NCBI RefSeq assembly: GCF_000143415.4
Contig: NW_003314286.1
Span: forward strand, 635,766 to 699,765
Direction: 5' to 3'
DNA length: 64,000 nt
Origin: Selaginella moellendorffii
Taxonomy: Eukaryota > Plantae > Lycopodiophyta
Position 1 is the first letter of the stretch. The number at the start of each line of letters is the position of its first letter. A model generated the notes under the pieces. It worked only from the letters and a program-made list of their open reading frames with translations, was not told the DNA's origin and ran no database searches. Shown here piece after piece: positions 11,594-23,671 of this stretch. The translations under genes were made by a program, and so were the position numbers.

Positions 11594-12943
11594 CTAAACT
11601 AAACATGACGAGTGGATTGGCAATGGAGGCTGTGGGATATAAGCGCCCTCAAACAGTTTAGCCAGGTTATATGGCTCCACAACGTTGTCATCCCCATACC
11701 ACATATACCGAAAGTAGAGCCAGTATGACTTCTCAGTTGGATGTATAGAATCCCAAAACATAGACTTGGAGGGCGTGGGGCACAAATAAGGTTGGAATTG
11801 CTTGGTTCTGGCATCGTTTTTTAAATAAGAATCCCCACAGAAAACAGCTGCATTGAAGGGTCCGGCTCCGCAACAAGCACTCTTCACATCTTCGTAGCCT
11901 ACAAGTGATACCACAAGTTATATTAGCAAACTGTACAAACGATTCTGATCCTCTTACCAAATGCCTGTGGGAATTTGATGGCGCTCATGGTCAGATCATA
12001 TGTTTTGGCAAGAACGATCTTCGTGTCCTTGAGTTCTTCGCTCAGTGACTTCACTGTTTGTGCAAGTCCCTCGTTAAAGGCCAAAGCAAGATCGTTAGCG
12101 GGTTTGAAACATCCATTAGTATCACCATTCCCATTCGTAGTTGCAACTAACAATCTGGCTCTTGGTATACATCCCAGTGGCGGCAGCCCAAGTGTTATAA
12201 TCCTCCTTGCTCCATCGCTATACAACACCTTTAAAATTTATCATGAAAAGCTTACCATGGTCTTACTAAAATATACTATCATAGTTACCTTGATCGCAGA
12301 GATATAAGCTCCCAACATTTTACCGATAAATTCTTGTGGGGTAACTTGCGTTTGCAAGGTAGAATCCGCGAGGTAATTCCCCATGATATCATTCGCCCCC
12401 ATAGAGAAGACAAACACCGATTCCTTGTAAAACTCTGGGTTTGGCCTGGCCAACGTGAGGTTATGGAACTGCGCTAGCTGAGTGTTCAAGCTCATCAATC
12501 CCTGGAAGTAAAAAAAAAATCACGTACAAATTGAAAGTTATAAACGAGACTCTCTACATTACCTCTCCAGCGTTTGTAGATTCCAGCAGCCCAGCTCCTC
12601 CTGAAGCAAAGTTTACCCCTTGGGCGATCCATTTATCGGGCTTGAGATAAGGATCTGGAAAACGCAATCCAAGTGAAGTAGCCAGGAAATCTGGGAGTGT
12701 TCTTCCATTAGTGTATCGCCCCGTGGGGTGGCCAAAGTAAGTGTCTCCATAGGGTGGCACCGAGACCTCGACGATGGGGTTTGAGATATATAAATTGTTG
12801 CCAGCGTCCACGGTAGAATCGCCTAGCACAAACAAGCCTGGGACTTTCCTGGTACTTAGATTTGGGAAGTATTGGAGAGCTGAGGCATATGCTACTAGAT
12901 TCGCCACGCAGAGAAGCAAGAGAGTAGAGGAGTGAGAGCCCAT
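11594..12943 (-). CDS. GDSL esterase/lipase, 4 exons
   Basis: Signal peptide; FVLGDSTVDAGNN, TGRYTNGR, GVNFASGGAG, GAND, LPPLGCIP, FWDSIHPTE. Confidence 0.95.
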
Positions 12944-13055
12944 GGTAAAATCTCTGCGTTAGGACGAGCAGAAATCCATTTTTATTATGGTTCTTTTCCT
13001 GTTATGGACGTTCTGTGTTTCCCATTTCGGGCTAGGGTTTAAATTAAAAACTAAA

Positions 13056-14906
13056 CTAATTTCCTAGTAAAATTTTATAGATGTCGGCAGCTCTCGCGGA
13101 TCTAGGGAGATCGTTCTGGAGATAACATGCACCAACACCTTCCATGCCGATAATGAATTGGGGATGAATCTCACTAGTAACTCCTCGGCTTCCTCCAGCC
13201 TCAGCAGTGGACTCGTAGTGATCCCGTGGCGGATCGATGCCGTAATCCGCTGTCAAGGAGTGGAAATGCTTGCGTCCCTCCTCCACCCGCCCGGCGTGCC
13301 TACAGGTCGAGAACAAGGCCTCGAAAGTGATCTCCCCCGGCTTGAGGCTCTGCTGCTGCATCTCCTGGAAGCGACGAGGCATCGCTCGAATCGAAGACTG
13401 GCGTGTTTAAAATTTCCCTCCCTAATCCTGACCGTCCACGTGGACGCATCGTGGCCGGGCATTTTGTGAAATAGGGCTTCTGCCCTATCCTCGGCGAGGT
13501 CGCGCGGTCGCAGTCGATCAAACAGGGCCTTGGCTTCGTCTGGAAATGATCATTGTCGTCACGGTGATGAGGTTGTCTTGGAGCAAGGGGAATCGCTGGA
13601 AAACTTCTCTGGCTTCTTGGAGGCCGTTATGGAGTGCATAGCCATGGTCCATGGATGCGGAGAATGTGTCTTTCATCGGCATCAAGGAGCACAGGTCGGA
13701 TGCTTCTTCCAGAAACCCATTCAGGGCGTAGGCCCTGATCATCTTGCTCCTTGTCACTTGGTTCTTTGCGCGGCGCTCTGTCGAACAGTGCTCTTGCCCC
13801 GATGGCCGAGTTCCAGGAGATCACATCCTGCTCCGGCATTTCATCGGCTACTGCCTCGGCATGGCCGCCGTTTGCGAATGCCTGGATCATCGCACATTTC
13901 TCCCGGGCATTCGAGCGAAAACATCGGCCGCGAAGCTTGTTCCGTCCGCCGCTGTGATCATGCTGTTCCAGGAGACGACGTTCCTGCCATCCATGGCCTC
14001 GAACAGATCTTTGGCCTCGGCGCAGTGGCCGGCTTGTCCATATGCAGCAATCATGGTATTGACCACGAATATGTCACGGTGTGGAAGTCCATCGAAGAAG
14101 ATCTTCATTTGTTCCAGATCTCCACACACGAACAGCTCCCATCTGGAAAAATCCTCGTTCAAGCCATCGAGCATCGTGTTCCAAGAGAAGATGTCTTTCT
14201 TGCCCATTGCGAAGAACAGAGCCTGGCATTGGGAGACGTTCCAATCCGCAGAGCATGGTGTTCCAGGACACGAGATTTTGCCCGGGATCTGCTGGAAGAG
14301 ATCGAGAGCTTCCCACATTCCACATAGCTCAAGAGCATCGCGTTCCAGGACAAGGTGTTGCGCTGCGCCATGCGATCAAACACGTCCCGGGCTTGCAGGG
14401 AACCGCCAGTCAGTGCCTTGATCATCGTCGTCCAGGTGATCACGTTTCTGCGAGCCATCTCGCTAAAGATCTTCCACGCTTCTTGGATCTCTCCATTGAC
14501 GACATTTGCATGGCGGCTGTCCTTGTGCGGCATATTGGAGAACAGAACCCTCGCCTCCGCCAGCCGTCCGATTTCGGAGTAGAGTCCAACCAGGGCCGTC
14601 GCCGTGACGCAATTGTGTTCCGGAATGCGCTCGAGCAGCATTGCCGCGCTCTGCAGGTGGTCGTTTCTGGAATATACCGACGCCATGATGCTCCATCTTC
14701 CGGCTATGGCGGACAAAGAAGTAGTCGTGTGCCTCCTCGACGCTGCCGAAGTTGCCATACCTGGAGGTGACGACATTTTGGAGCTGGGGGTAAGTGCTGT
14801 GATGATCGTCATGCACGAGTCGCTGGTGGATCCGGCGTACTTCGGACACATTCCTGGCGGCCTTGAGCTGCGCGGCGATTGCATTTTTCTCGGCCCAGCG
14901 GTGCAT
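13056..14906 (-). pseudogene. Degenerate copy of the PLS-E PPR gene at 15947-18472
   Basis: Collinear matches (HRWAEKNAIAAQLK / KRWAENDIVAQLK; VNGEIQEAWKIF; AEAKDLFEAMDGRNVVSWNSMITAADGTSFAAD; YGIDPPRDHYE) are spread over all frames by many deletions and frameshifts. Confidence 0.92.
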
Positions 14907-15419
14907 CGAATTGGCAGAGATTGGTCCGATCCATATAGTGGTCAGTGCCAAGGAAACGGATCGCTTCGTTTCTCGGCATGGAAACAACTCACGGGGCCTA
15001 GAGGGACTTTTGAGGAGCTGGATCGATAAAACTGGGACGTGAATCGAATCGGTCACAGTTAGGAAATCCATCATGCAAGGAGACGTGAATCACAGTTACA
15101 CGAGATCCTTCATGCAAGTAACGGAGAAGAAAGCCGCTCCATTGACAAGGCGTTTGGAAAGGTTCATCAAATGAAAGGATGTGAAAATGACAATGACCAA
15201 AGACATATTTCCAGTTTAAATTGCGTTAGGCAGACATAAGAACTTTTAAACATAATTTATAAATACGAAATGGTCGTTAACCATTAGTTTAGTGCATCTG
15301 AAAGGTTCATTATAACAAGAGCATCATCACAAAGGTACTTTGAAATGCCATTTTTGTTATAACTATACACTAAGCTTCTGCTGGCGAAACATTTTGACAC
15401 CAAAAGCTTGTAGCTCATG

Positions 15420-15545
15420 GATCACCATCTTCGTGCCCTTAAGTTTTCGCTAAGCGGGTGACGTTGAATTTGAGCAATAGGCTTGAAACATCCATTAGTA
15501 TCACCATTCTCATTCGTTATACATCCAAGCCCAAGTGTTACAGTC
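15420..15545 (-). pseudogene. Remnant of a duplicated GDSL exon
   Basis: TTGAAACATCCATTAGTATCACCATTC(T/C)CATTCGT...ATACATCC...GCCCAAGTGTTA matches 12104-12197 with deletions. ATCTTCGTGCCCTTAAG resembles ATCTTCGTGTCCTTGAG at ~12017. Confidence 0.8.
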
Positions 15546-15946
15546 TTTCTACCCCAGGAAATCTGCCAGTGCCCTTCTATCAGTGGGATGGCTATACTGT
15601 TACCAATGTAATCACCTTAAGTGGAGTATCTATAATAATAAGAACAAAAGGCCCAAACCCTGCAGCCGTCTGATCTTGGGCCCGAGGCAGCCTCGGAAGC
15701 CATGGTTCTTGGGAAGGAGAAGCCACCTTAGGCCTGGGCTAGAGTCAGTGGCCATGGTTAGTGGCTCAATGTTGTGGTGGCCGGGAAGAGAAGAAGGCAT
15801 AGTAACAGGTGTTCCACGATGCACTCCTAAGGCTCTATGGCTGCTTTGCTTGCTCGTGGTGCATGAGCAGAACCACAACATTTGCTGGGCAAATACTCAT
15901 AAGTATTATAAAGTTCACTTATCACCTTAGGTACATGGAGTATAAG

Positions 15947-18472
15947 TCACTTATAATTACTGAAAATTGCGCTAGAACAAATGTTGGCGAGCAGGATATA
16001 GGGACCGGATTTCCTGGCGTCAAGGGCAAACTCGGCAGCTCTCGCGGATCTAGCGCGATCGTTTTGGAGCCAGCATGCGCCAAGGATCTTCATCCACGCC
16101 GATGAATCGGGGATGGATCTCGCTAACTCCTCGGCCTCCTCCAGCCTCCCAGACCGCGCCAGCAGATCGACGATGCACTCGTAGTGATCCCTTCCCGGAT
16201 CGATGCCGTAATCCGCCGCCATGGACTGGAAATGCTCGCATCCCTCCTCCAGCCGCCCGCCGTGGCTACTGCTCGCGATCAAGGCCCCAAAAGTGATCTC
16301 CCCCGCCTTGACGCCCTGCTGCTGCATCTCCCGGAAGAGATCCACCGCTTCGTCGAAGAGCCCCTTCTTCCCCAGCGCCGCGATCATCGTGCTCCACGGC
16401 GAGGAATCCCTTGCCGCGGAGCTCTGGAACACAATTCGCGCCTCGTTGAGGTAGCCGCTGTGCGCGTAGCCTCCGATCATCGAATTCAAACCCGGCGCCG
16501 ACAGGGATTCGATCGAATCGAAGACGTGCTTCGCGTCGCCCAGCTGCCCTAGCCGGGAATACGCCGCGATTGCAATCGCTCTAGAGGCTTCGTTCTGGGA
16601 GGGCATCTTCTCGAACAAGGCAGTGGCATATTTTAGATTCCCTTGCTGGCAATAGGCCGCGAGCATTGCGTTGAGGGACACAACACTAACCTCCTTGGTG
16701 GTGTCAAAGAAGAGCTTGGCCTGTTTGAAATTGCCCGCCTGCGTGTAAGCCGTGATCATGGCCGTCCACGTGGCCGCATCGTGGCCGGGCATTTTGTGGA
16801 ACAAAGCTTCTGCCCTATCCATGCATTCGCCCTGGGCGAGGGCGCCGAGCATGGTGATCCAGCACAGGAGGTCGCGCTGCCGCAATCGATCGAACAGGGC
16901 CTTGGATTCGTCTAGAAATCCCGCGGCGCCATACGCGCGGATCATCGCGGTCACGGCGATGAGGTCGTCTTGGAGCACGGGGAATCGCTGGAAGACTTCT
17001 GTGGCTTCTTTGAGGCGGTTGTGGAGCGCATAGCCCTGGATGAGCGCCGTGAGGGAGGATGCTTCTTTCATAGGCATCAAGGAGCACAGGCCGGATGCTT
17101 CTTCCAGGAATCCATTCAGGGCGTAGGCGCTGATCATCGCGCTCCATGTCACTTCGTTCTTGCGCGGCAATCTGTCGAACAGCGTTCTTGCTTCGGTCAC
17201 TAGGCCGCTATCCTTGAATGCCGCGATGGCGGAGTTCCAGGAGATGAGATTTTGCTCCGGCATTTCATCCAGGATCGCTGTTGCCTTCTCGGCATGGCCA
17301 CCGCTGGCAAATGCCTGGATCATCGAGTTCCAAGACACCAGATTTCTTCCGGGCATTCGAGCGAAAGCATCGGCCGCAAAGCTTGTTCCCTCCGCCGCTG
17401 TGATCATGCTGTTCCAGGAGACGACGTTCTTGCGATCCATGGCATCGAACAGATCTTTGGCCTCGGCGTAGAGGCCGGCTTGGACATAGGCAGCAATCAA
17501 GGTATTTCTCGAGATTTCGTCGCGGTGTGGGAGTAGATCGAAGAAGAGCTTCGCTTGTTCCAGATTTCCAGACCCAAACGCTTTGATCATCGAGTTGAAG
17601 GAGATCTGGTTCCACACCGGCATCGTCGAGAAGAGCTCGTTCGATCTGGAAGAATCCCCCACCGTGGCAGCGAGCATCGTGTTCCAAGACACGATGTTTC
17701 TCTCGGGCATTTCGGTGAAGAACAGAGCTTGGCATTGGGAGACGTCGCCCGCCTGTGCCAATCCGGCGAGCATGGCGTTCCAAGACACGAGATCTCGCTC
17801 GGGAATTTGCTGGAAGAGATCGAGAGCTGGCTGGAGCTCCCCAGATTCGACATAGCCCGAGATCATCGCGTTCCAGGAGGTGGTGTTGTGCTGTGCCATG
17901 CGATCAAACACGGCCCGGGCTCGCAGGGAATCTCCATCCGCGGCAATTGCCGAGATCATCGTCGTCCAAGTGATCACGTTCCTGGCAGCCATCTCGTCGA
18001 AGATCTTCCAGGCTTCTTGGATCTCTCCATTCACGGCATTTGCTTGGAGCATCGCGTTCCAGGCCACGGGGTCTTTGGACGGCATACTCCAGAACAGACG
18101 CCGCGCCTCTTCCAGCCGTCCGATTTGGGAGTAGAGCGTGATCATGACCGTCACCGCGGGGGCATTGCGTTCCGGAATGCGGTCGAGCAGCATTGCCGCC
18201 TCCTGCGGATGCCCGTTTTGGGCATATGCTGCCGCCATGGTTTTCCAGGTGAAAAGATTCCTCTGGCTATGGTGGGCGAAGCACTCGTGGGCCTCCTCGA
18301 CGCTACCGCACTTGCCGTACATGTCGATGACGAGATTTTGGAGGAAAGTGCTGGAGTGCAGAAGATCGTCATGTATGAGTCGCTGGTGGATCCAGCGTCC
18401 TTGGGACAGATTCCTGGTGCTAGCGGTGGTCTTGAGCTGAGCGACGATATCATTCTCGGCCCATCTCTTCAT
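15947..18472 (-). CDS. PLS-class PPR protein with E domain and no DYW; candidate organellar RNA-editing specificity factor
   Basis: Intronless ORF with many ~31-aa motifs (RNLVSWNSMIQAFASGGHAEKATAILDEMPE). C-terminal YGIDPGRDHYECIVDLLARSGRLEEAEEL...W..ILGAC...PYILLANI. First ATG at 18472. Confidence 0.95.
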   Translation of the reverse strand: MKRWAENDIVAQLKTTASTRNLSQGRWIHQRLIHDDLLHSSTFLQNLVIDMYGKCGSVEEAHECFAHHSQRNLFTWKTMAAAYAQNGHPQEAAMLLDRIPERNAPAVTVMITLYSQIGRLEEARRLFWSMPSKDPVAWNAMLQANAVNGEIQEAWKIFDEMAARNVITWTTMISAIAADGDSLRARAVFDRMAQHNTTSWNAMISGYVESGELQPALDLFQQIPERDLVSWNAMLAGLAQAGDVSQCQALFFTEMPERNIVSWNTMLAATVGDSSRSNELFSTMPVWNQISFNSMIKAFGSGNLEQAKLFFDLLPHRDEISRNTLIAAYVQAGLYAEAKDLFDAMDRKNVVSWNSMITAAEGTSFAADAFARMPGRNLVSWNSMIQAFASGGHAEKATAILDEMPEQNLISWNSAIAAFKDSGLVTEARTLFDRLPRKNEVTWSAMISAYALNGFLEEASGLCSLMPMKEASSLTALIQGYALHNRLKEATEVFQRFPVLQDDLIAVTAMIRAYGAAGFLDESKALFDRLRQRDLLCWITMLGALAQGECMDRAEALFHKMPGHDAATWTAMITAYTQAGNFKQAKLFFDTTKEVSVVSLNAMLAAYCQQGNLKYATALFEKMPSQNEASRAIAIAAYSRLGQLGDAKHVFDSIESLSAPGLNSMIGGYAHSGYLNEARIVFQSSAARDSSPWSTMIAALGKKGLFDEAVDLFREMQQQGVKAGEITFGALIASSSHGGRLEEGCEHFQSMAADYGIDPGRDHYECIVDLLARSGRLEEAEELARSIPDSSAWMKILGACWLQNDRARSARAAEFALDARKSGPYILLANICSSAIFSNYK

Positions 18473-18680
18473 CCGAATTGGCAGTCGCACATCGTCGAAG
18501 CCAAGAGATCCATATCGTGGTCAGTGCCAAGAAAAAGGATCTCCTCGTTTCAATGATTCACGGGGGCAAAGGGACATTAAGAGTGACAAGCTGGATCGAT
18601 AAAACTGGGACGTGATCGCTCACAGGTAAGAGATCCTTGTGTTTTCTAGGTAGTAATGCCTTCGTTTTAGGGTCCCCGGA

Positions 18681-19768
18681 ATGCATTGGTGCTTGGTGGT
18701 AAGGCGCGGTTCCTCTTCGCCTTCTTCTTTGATTCATAGATTCACGTTTTTATCTCCGCGACGATCTAGCAGCAACAATGCTGGTTCTCGCAGCAGAAGA
18801 AAGCGCCGCAGGTACTACGCCGCAGATTTCTTCTTTTGATCTCTTGGGGCTCTTAGTGTTCAGCAATCTCGCGCTTGTGAGAATGTGGTTCCGGAAGAGC
18901 AGCCGCGCATCAATCCCTGGAAGGAGAGGCGCAAACTCCAGGATTTGCAAGTCGGACGCAAGTTCTTGTCTGAGGACGTGGCGACTGCCGAGAATTTGCG
19001 GGAGATGCTCAAGAAGGTAAGCTTTTTCTTTTCTTGAATCATTTTTTCAAACTAGCAAAAAACTTACAAAAAACTTTTCTCAGACTTACGAACGTATCGA
19101 GCTCAAGAAAAAGATCCTCCAGGAATACGACTTTCCAGAGGACAAGCCGGTCCACGACCCCGAGTACCTGAGCCCGGAGTTTATGACAGCCTTGAAGGAG
19201 AGAAACCGCTGCATCGACGATTTCCTCACCATCGGCAAGAGAGGCGTCTGGGAAGGTTTCATCAGAGACATATACTCTCACTGGATCAACCACGAGACGC
19301 TCCGGATCCACTGCGAAGGCTATCCGCTGCGAAAACTTCGGCCCATGGCCGAGAAAGTGGCGAGAATGAGTGGAGCTGTGGTTATCGCGGTGACCGAGGA
19401 GACCATGTCGTTTATACTCTACCGAGGCAGGAATTTCAGCCATGGTTACCAGCCACCCTCGCGGATTGAAAATATGCTCAACAAGGGAAAGGTGCGTCGT
19501 AGTTTTTTCTTTCTTGCAAGCTTTTCTTATCTTCCATGTTCTGATTTCTCCAAGCTTTGTACAGGCGCTAAAGAAGGCGCTCTTGCTCAAGTCCCTGCAG
19601 CACCTCTATCGCAATGTGCGCGAGCTCACAGAAAGGATTCACAAGCATCGGCTGCGAGCCGTGTACACTGAGAAGCAGCGAAAGGCGATTGTAGAGGCCG
19701 AAGAGAGAGGGGAGGATTTACAAGCAGACGCTTCCCAGTCGGACGATGACGAGGAATTCCAATGGTGA
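18681..19768 (+). CDS. Single CRM (CRS1/YhbY) domain organellar RNA-binding protein; start uncertain
   Basis: VHDPEYLSPE...LTIGKRGVWEGFIRDIYSHWINHETLRIHC...FILYRGRNF...ALKKALLLKSLQHL (CRM GxRG...HW...YRG signature); short GT-AG introns. Confidence 0.8.
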
Positions 19769-20411
19769 ATTCACCATGGAGTTTAATATCCTAATGCTTT
19801 ACCTGTGCAATGCATATATTATAGGAACAAAGAGAAAATATGTATGTCCTTACCCAGGCTCACACTCCATAGGTTGAAGCAAATTGGTAGTTATCATCAA
19901 GATTACTTGTCTTCATCACTTTTGCTTTGCAAAGTCTAGACTCCACCACCAATAAGGGAACCAAGAATGGAGATGGACCTTTGCAAGCAATCTCTCTGCT
20001 CGAAAGGACATCCAAGAGTGAAGGAAGCATAAATTTCAAATAGTCAGTTCGAGATATTCGGTAGTTAACATATCGGGGCACGTTTAGAATGTTACGATGA
20101 GAAATGTTAATTCTGTGTGTGACGTGGCTTTAGTTTGCTTGTTACTCACAATCGTTTATCACGTGTACATCTTTGTACTATGGTCACAAGAAGCTTGGAG
20201 ATGGACATTTTGGTGGGTGTGAGACCATGTAAGTAATACACGAATGAATGAAGTTGCTTTGGTCTCTTGTAAATTTTTTCTGCTGTACAAATTACTTCAA
20301 ATTACAGTGTTCAAAGAAATAAGAAAATACAAGAGGTATACAGCGTATTTATATGTCCCTCTTCCTGTGGGACGAATCACATTGTCCTTCTCGAATCTAA
20401 ATTCTTGTTTC

Positions 20412-21305
20412 ATGGCCATCACCGCCAGCATTGCCGCTCCTTACCCTTCCCGCCTCGGCGCGACGACGACGCGTTTGCCTGCGGAGGTGGATCCTTTGCG
20501 GCTCCCGAACCACGTTGCGATGATCATGGACGGGAATTCGCGGTGGGCGAAGGCGCGAGGGATCGCCAAGGAGCGCCAGCTGCGAGCAGCGGCGGAGGCG
20601 TGCTATTCCAACGCCCGGGAGATCGTGAGGTTGTCCAGCGACTGGGGGATCAAGGCGCTCACGCTCTTTGCCTTCTCCACCGAAAAATTTCTTGCGGCCC
20701 AGGGAAGAAGTGGATCAGTGGATGCAGCAATTTGACAGAGTTCTCAGCCTCGATGATCCTGCCACCATTTTGCTGTGCGTGGAATTTCTCAATATGCTTT
20801 TCATTCAGTGAATGGAAATGGATTGACTGAGTGATGATTTTTGGTCAGGGATGGGATCCAATTCCACTGCATTGGTGACACTGCCAGGCTCCCACGCCCG
20901 CTCCAGGCCAAGATCTCGGATGCCCAATCCATCACCAGCGGCAACACGGGCATGAAACTCGTCATGGCGATTGGCTACGGTGGGCACAGCGATCTGGTCC
21001 AGGCGTGCCAGGCGCTGGCGCGCGAGGTGGAGCAGGGGAAAATGGCTGTGGAGGAGATTGACCAGATCAACCTGGCAAAGAGATTGATGCTGGGCGAGCG
21101 GTGCGAGGATGTTGGCGCGCCGGAGCTGCTCGTTCGCACCAGCGGCGAGCAGCGGCTGAGCAATTTCATGCTGTGGCATCTCGCCTACTCGGAGCTCGTG
21201 TTTGAGAAGAAGCTATGGCCGGATTTTGGAGAAGAGGAGTACAAGAATGCCCTGGTGGAATTCCAGGGGCGTATGAGGACCTTCGGAGTAAGACACTACA
21301 GTTAA
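20412..21305 (+). CDS. cis-prenyltransferase (UPPS/CPT family) with an apparent +1 frameshift at 20683-20687
   Basis: PNHVAMIMDGNSRWA, FAFSTE, YGGHSD, RTSGEQRLSNFMLWHLAYSEL, WPDF, RxRTFG. Removing one A restores FSTENFLRPREEVD and the phase of intron 20775-20848. Confidence 0.85.
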
Positions 21306-21949
21306 TGGCATAAAGTAAGATAGAAAAACTGAGAGTAAAAGGAGCAATAGTAATCACAAAATCCTTTATAAAGATATCTTAGGTGGTTAGTCATATACTT
21401 TAAGAAAGAAAGCACAAAACTACATGTGTCAATAACACTAACAATGGGGATTTCATAGATAACTAGAGTGGAACATGGACATGATGCATACATCAACCAT
21501 TAGTCAAAAGGCAAAAGGCAAGAGACCCACACCCCAGGAGTGGTGACACCAAGCACACCAGAGATGGAGATAGCAGAAGATTCCTCGGTCTCATGTTTCT
21601 TGGTGGGCACCATGAGATTATGTAAACACAATGTGAATGAATGAATGAATATCTTTACTTGCTTAGAGCATTTACGAACCTGTGTGAGGTTACAGTTTGT
21701 TTATCAGGGTTTTATAGTTAGCTGTCCATGGTTGTTAGTAACTACTCTAGTGTTGTTGAAATTTAGAGTTCTTGTGGCAGTAGAAGCATAAATATATGGA
21801 CATATATACATGTATAATGTTACATGGTAACAATATTAATTGGACCTTCTGATTGAGATCCTGGTAAATTAATTCAGATATTATAGAAGTTATCTAAACT
21901 CGAATTTGCGATTATAATGAAGACACCACAGAGAATCAGAAGAGTGAAT

Positions 21950-23300
21950 CAAATTTCCCTTGCAAGGTTCCATTCACGCCACCAAAACTGGTGGACAGCA
22001 ACTCATCAGCTCCAACTCAAATGCTCTGGCCATGTTCATTTTGGGTGAGTACTTCAATCACTGCATTCGTTGATTGATTGCCAACGTCGGTGAGATCTTC
22101 TCCAGACCTCATTATGGCGCTGTAATCGAGTATGATAGCGTGCAGAACCACCATGGATGTAAGAACTTTCAATTCGAGAAGAACAATGGTGGACACAATC
22201 CTCCTCCATATCAATTGACTTGAAGACTTGCTCCTCCAGTTCGGTTGGATGTGCCTTGGAAGCAAACCTACTCTTGTCTATACACGTGACAGACAAGAGT
22301 TAGTACGCAGGTGATTCTTTGAGTGACCAGAGAAAAATGTAACATGGCTTTATGGAGCAAGAGTTTCGTATAGAGCCTGTACATGCGAGGCACACAAAGT
22401 GATTCTAAGCCTGGGCATAAGAATCAAGCAGTGAGTCCTAGATGCGAGAAACTGTTACCTGGAAGAATTTTGGAGGAACAACTGGTGGCTTGATTGGCAG
22501 TTCCTTACATAACGAAAAAAGTTGTAAACAAAGCCTTTCGAACTTTTCAACAAGAGGACTTAGAAAGTCACGGTTCTTGGTCTCAAACGTCAATACAGTG
22601 AGAGAGCTCGGCCCCTCTATCTACAACTCCCTGGGACACCTACTTGTTCGATATCACACCAGCATGCACCTCTTCTGCCAATATAAACATCAAATTTTCC
22701 TTTGATGCTATAAGATTCAGCCACTCCACCTCCATTTTCACCACAGACCGAAGTTCCATAGGCTTGCAAGTTCACACCAATTTTAAAGCTATCTGGAGAT
22801 CGTTGATAACCAGAAGGAAGTTACACTTATTCCACAGTTGTGTCAGCTTGTCCAGGGGGTGAAAACCTGAAAAGAGTGGTTGAGAGTTCAGATTGATCAT
22901 AGAGCGGAGATACTTGTTAATCACCACAACTTTCCTCTCACCTTTGTAAGAAGACAAAAGAACATGTCAATGCACAAACTCATGGCTCATGGCTAAATAC
23001 CTCTTAGGCTGGTGAGCTCCATGAGCAAGATAAAACTATAGACACCTCTTGTCAAGAAAGCCCGGACTGTGACGAGAATAAAGGAGAAGAAAGAATGTAA
23101 GCAGTTAACAGAATTTGGGATGACTTTTCTCGAGCTTTGTGAAGCCACATCCACAATTATTACATATTTTTGGGTGGTCATGGGTAGGCATAAGACCACA
23201 GGGAATCCATGCTAACCTCACAAGGCCTATCCCCATAAACCACCTTGGGTTTCAAAGCGTCATGGCTATATGTCAGCGGTGCGTGAATGAAGCGCCAGAT
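21950..23300 (-). pseudogene. Possible degraded multi-exon gene of unknown family
   Basis: Exon-like blocks with splice-like ends (e.g. ...TFETKNRDFLSPLVEKFERLCLQLFSLCKELPIKPPVVPPKFFQ|GTAAC near 22460), interrupted by stops. No recognisable domain. Confidence 0.3.
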
Positions 23301-23671
23301 TCGAATCTAAATTGGCCCAGTACTCATTTAAATATATAAGGATATTTTCTTGCACTTTATTTTATTAATGAATGCGAAAATGCAAGGCAGATTAGTGTTT
23401 GCCCATTGATTTTCTCCCACCGCCTCTGTTGGTGTCGCTGCTAGCTTGTTTCATGGTCTAAGATTTCCTGGAATGCTACCACAGCTACGATTTTGGGCAT
23501 GTAGCCGCAAAATGCCAAATGAAAAGGAGAGAGCTTGCTGAGTTAGTGGTTTGCTACCGCGAGTGGCACCTTGGCAGGAAGGTTTGGCCGCTTGGGTGTG
23601 ACATGGTTGCTCTGTTGTGTCTACCAAGAATAGAACTTAATAGGTGAAATACAAATCTTTTCTAGTCAATA

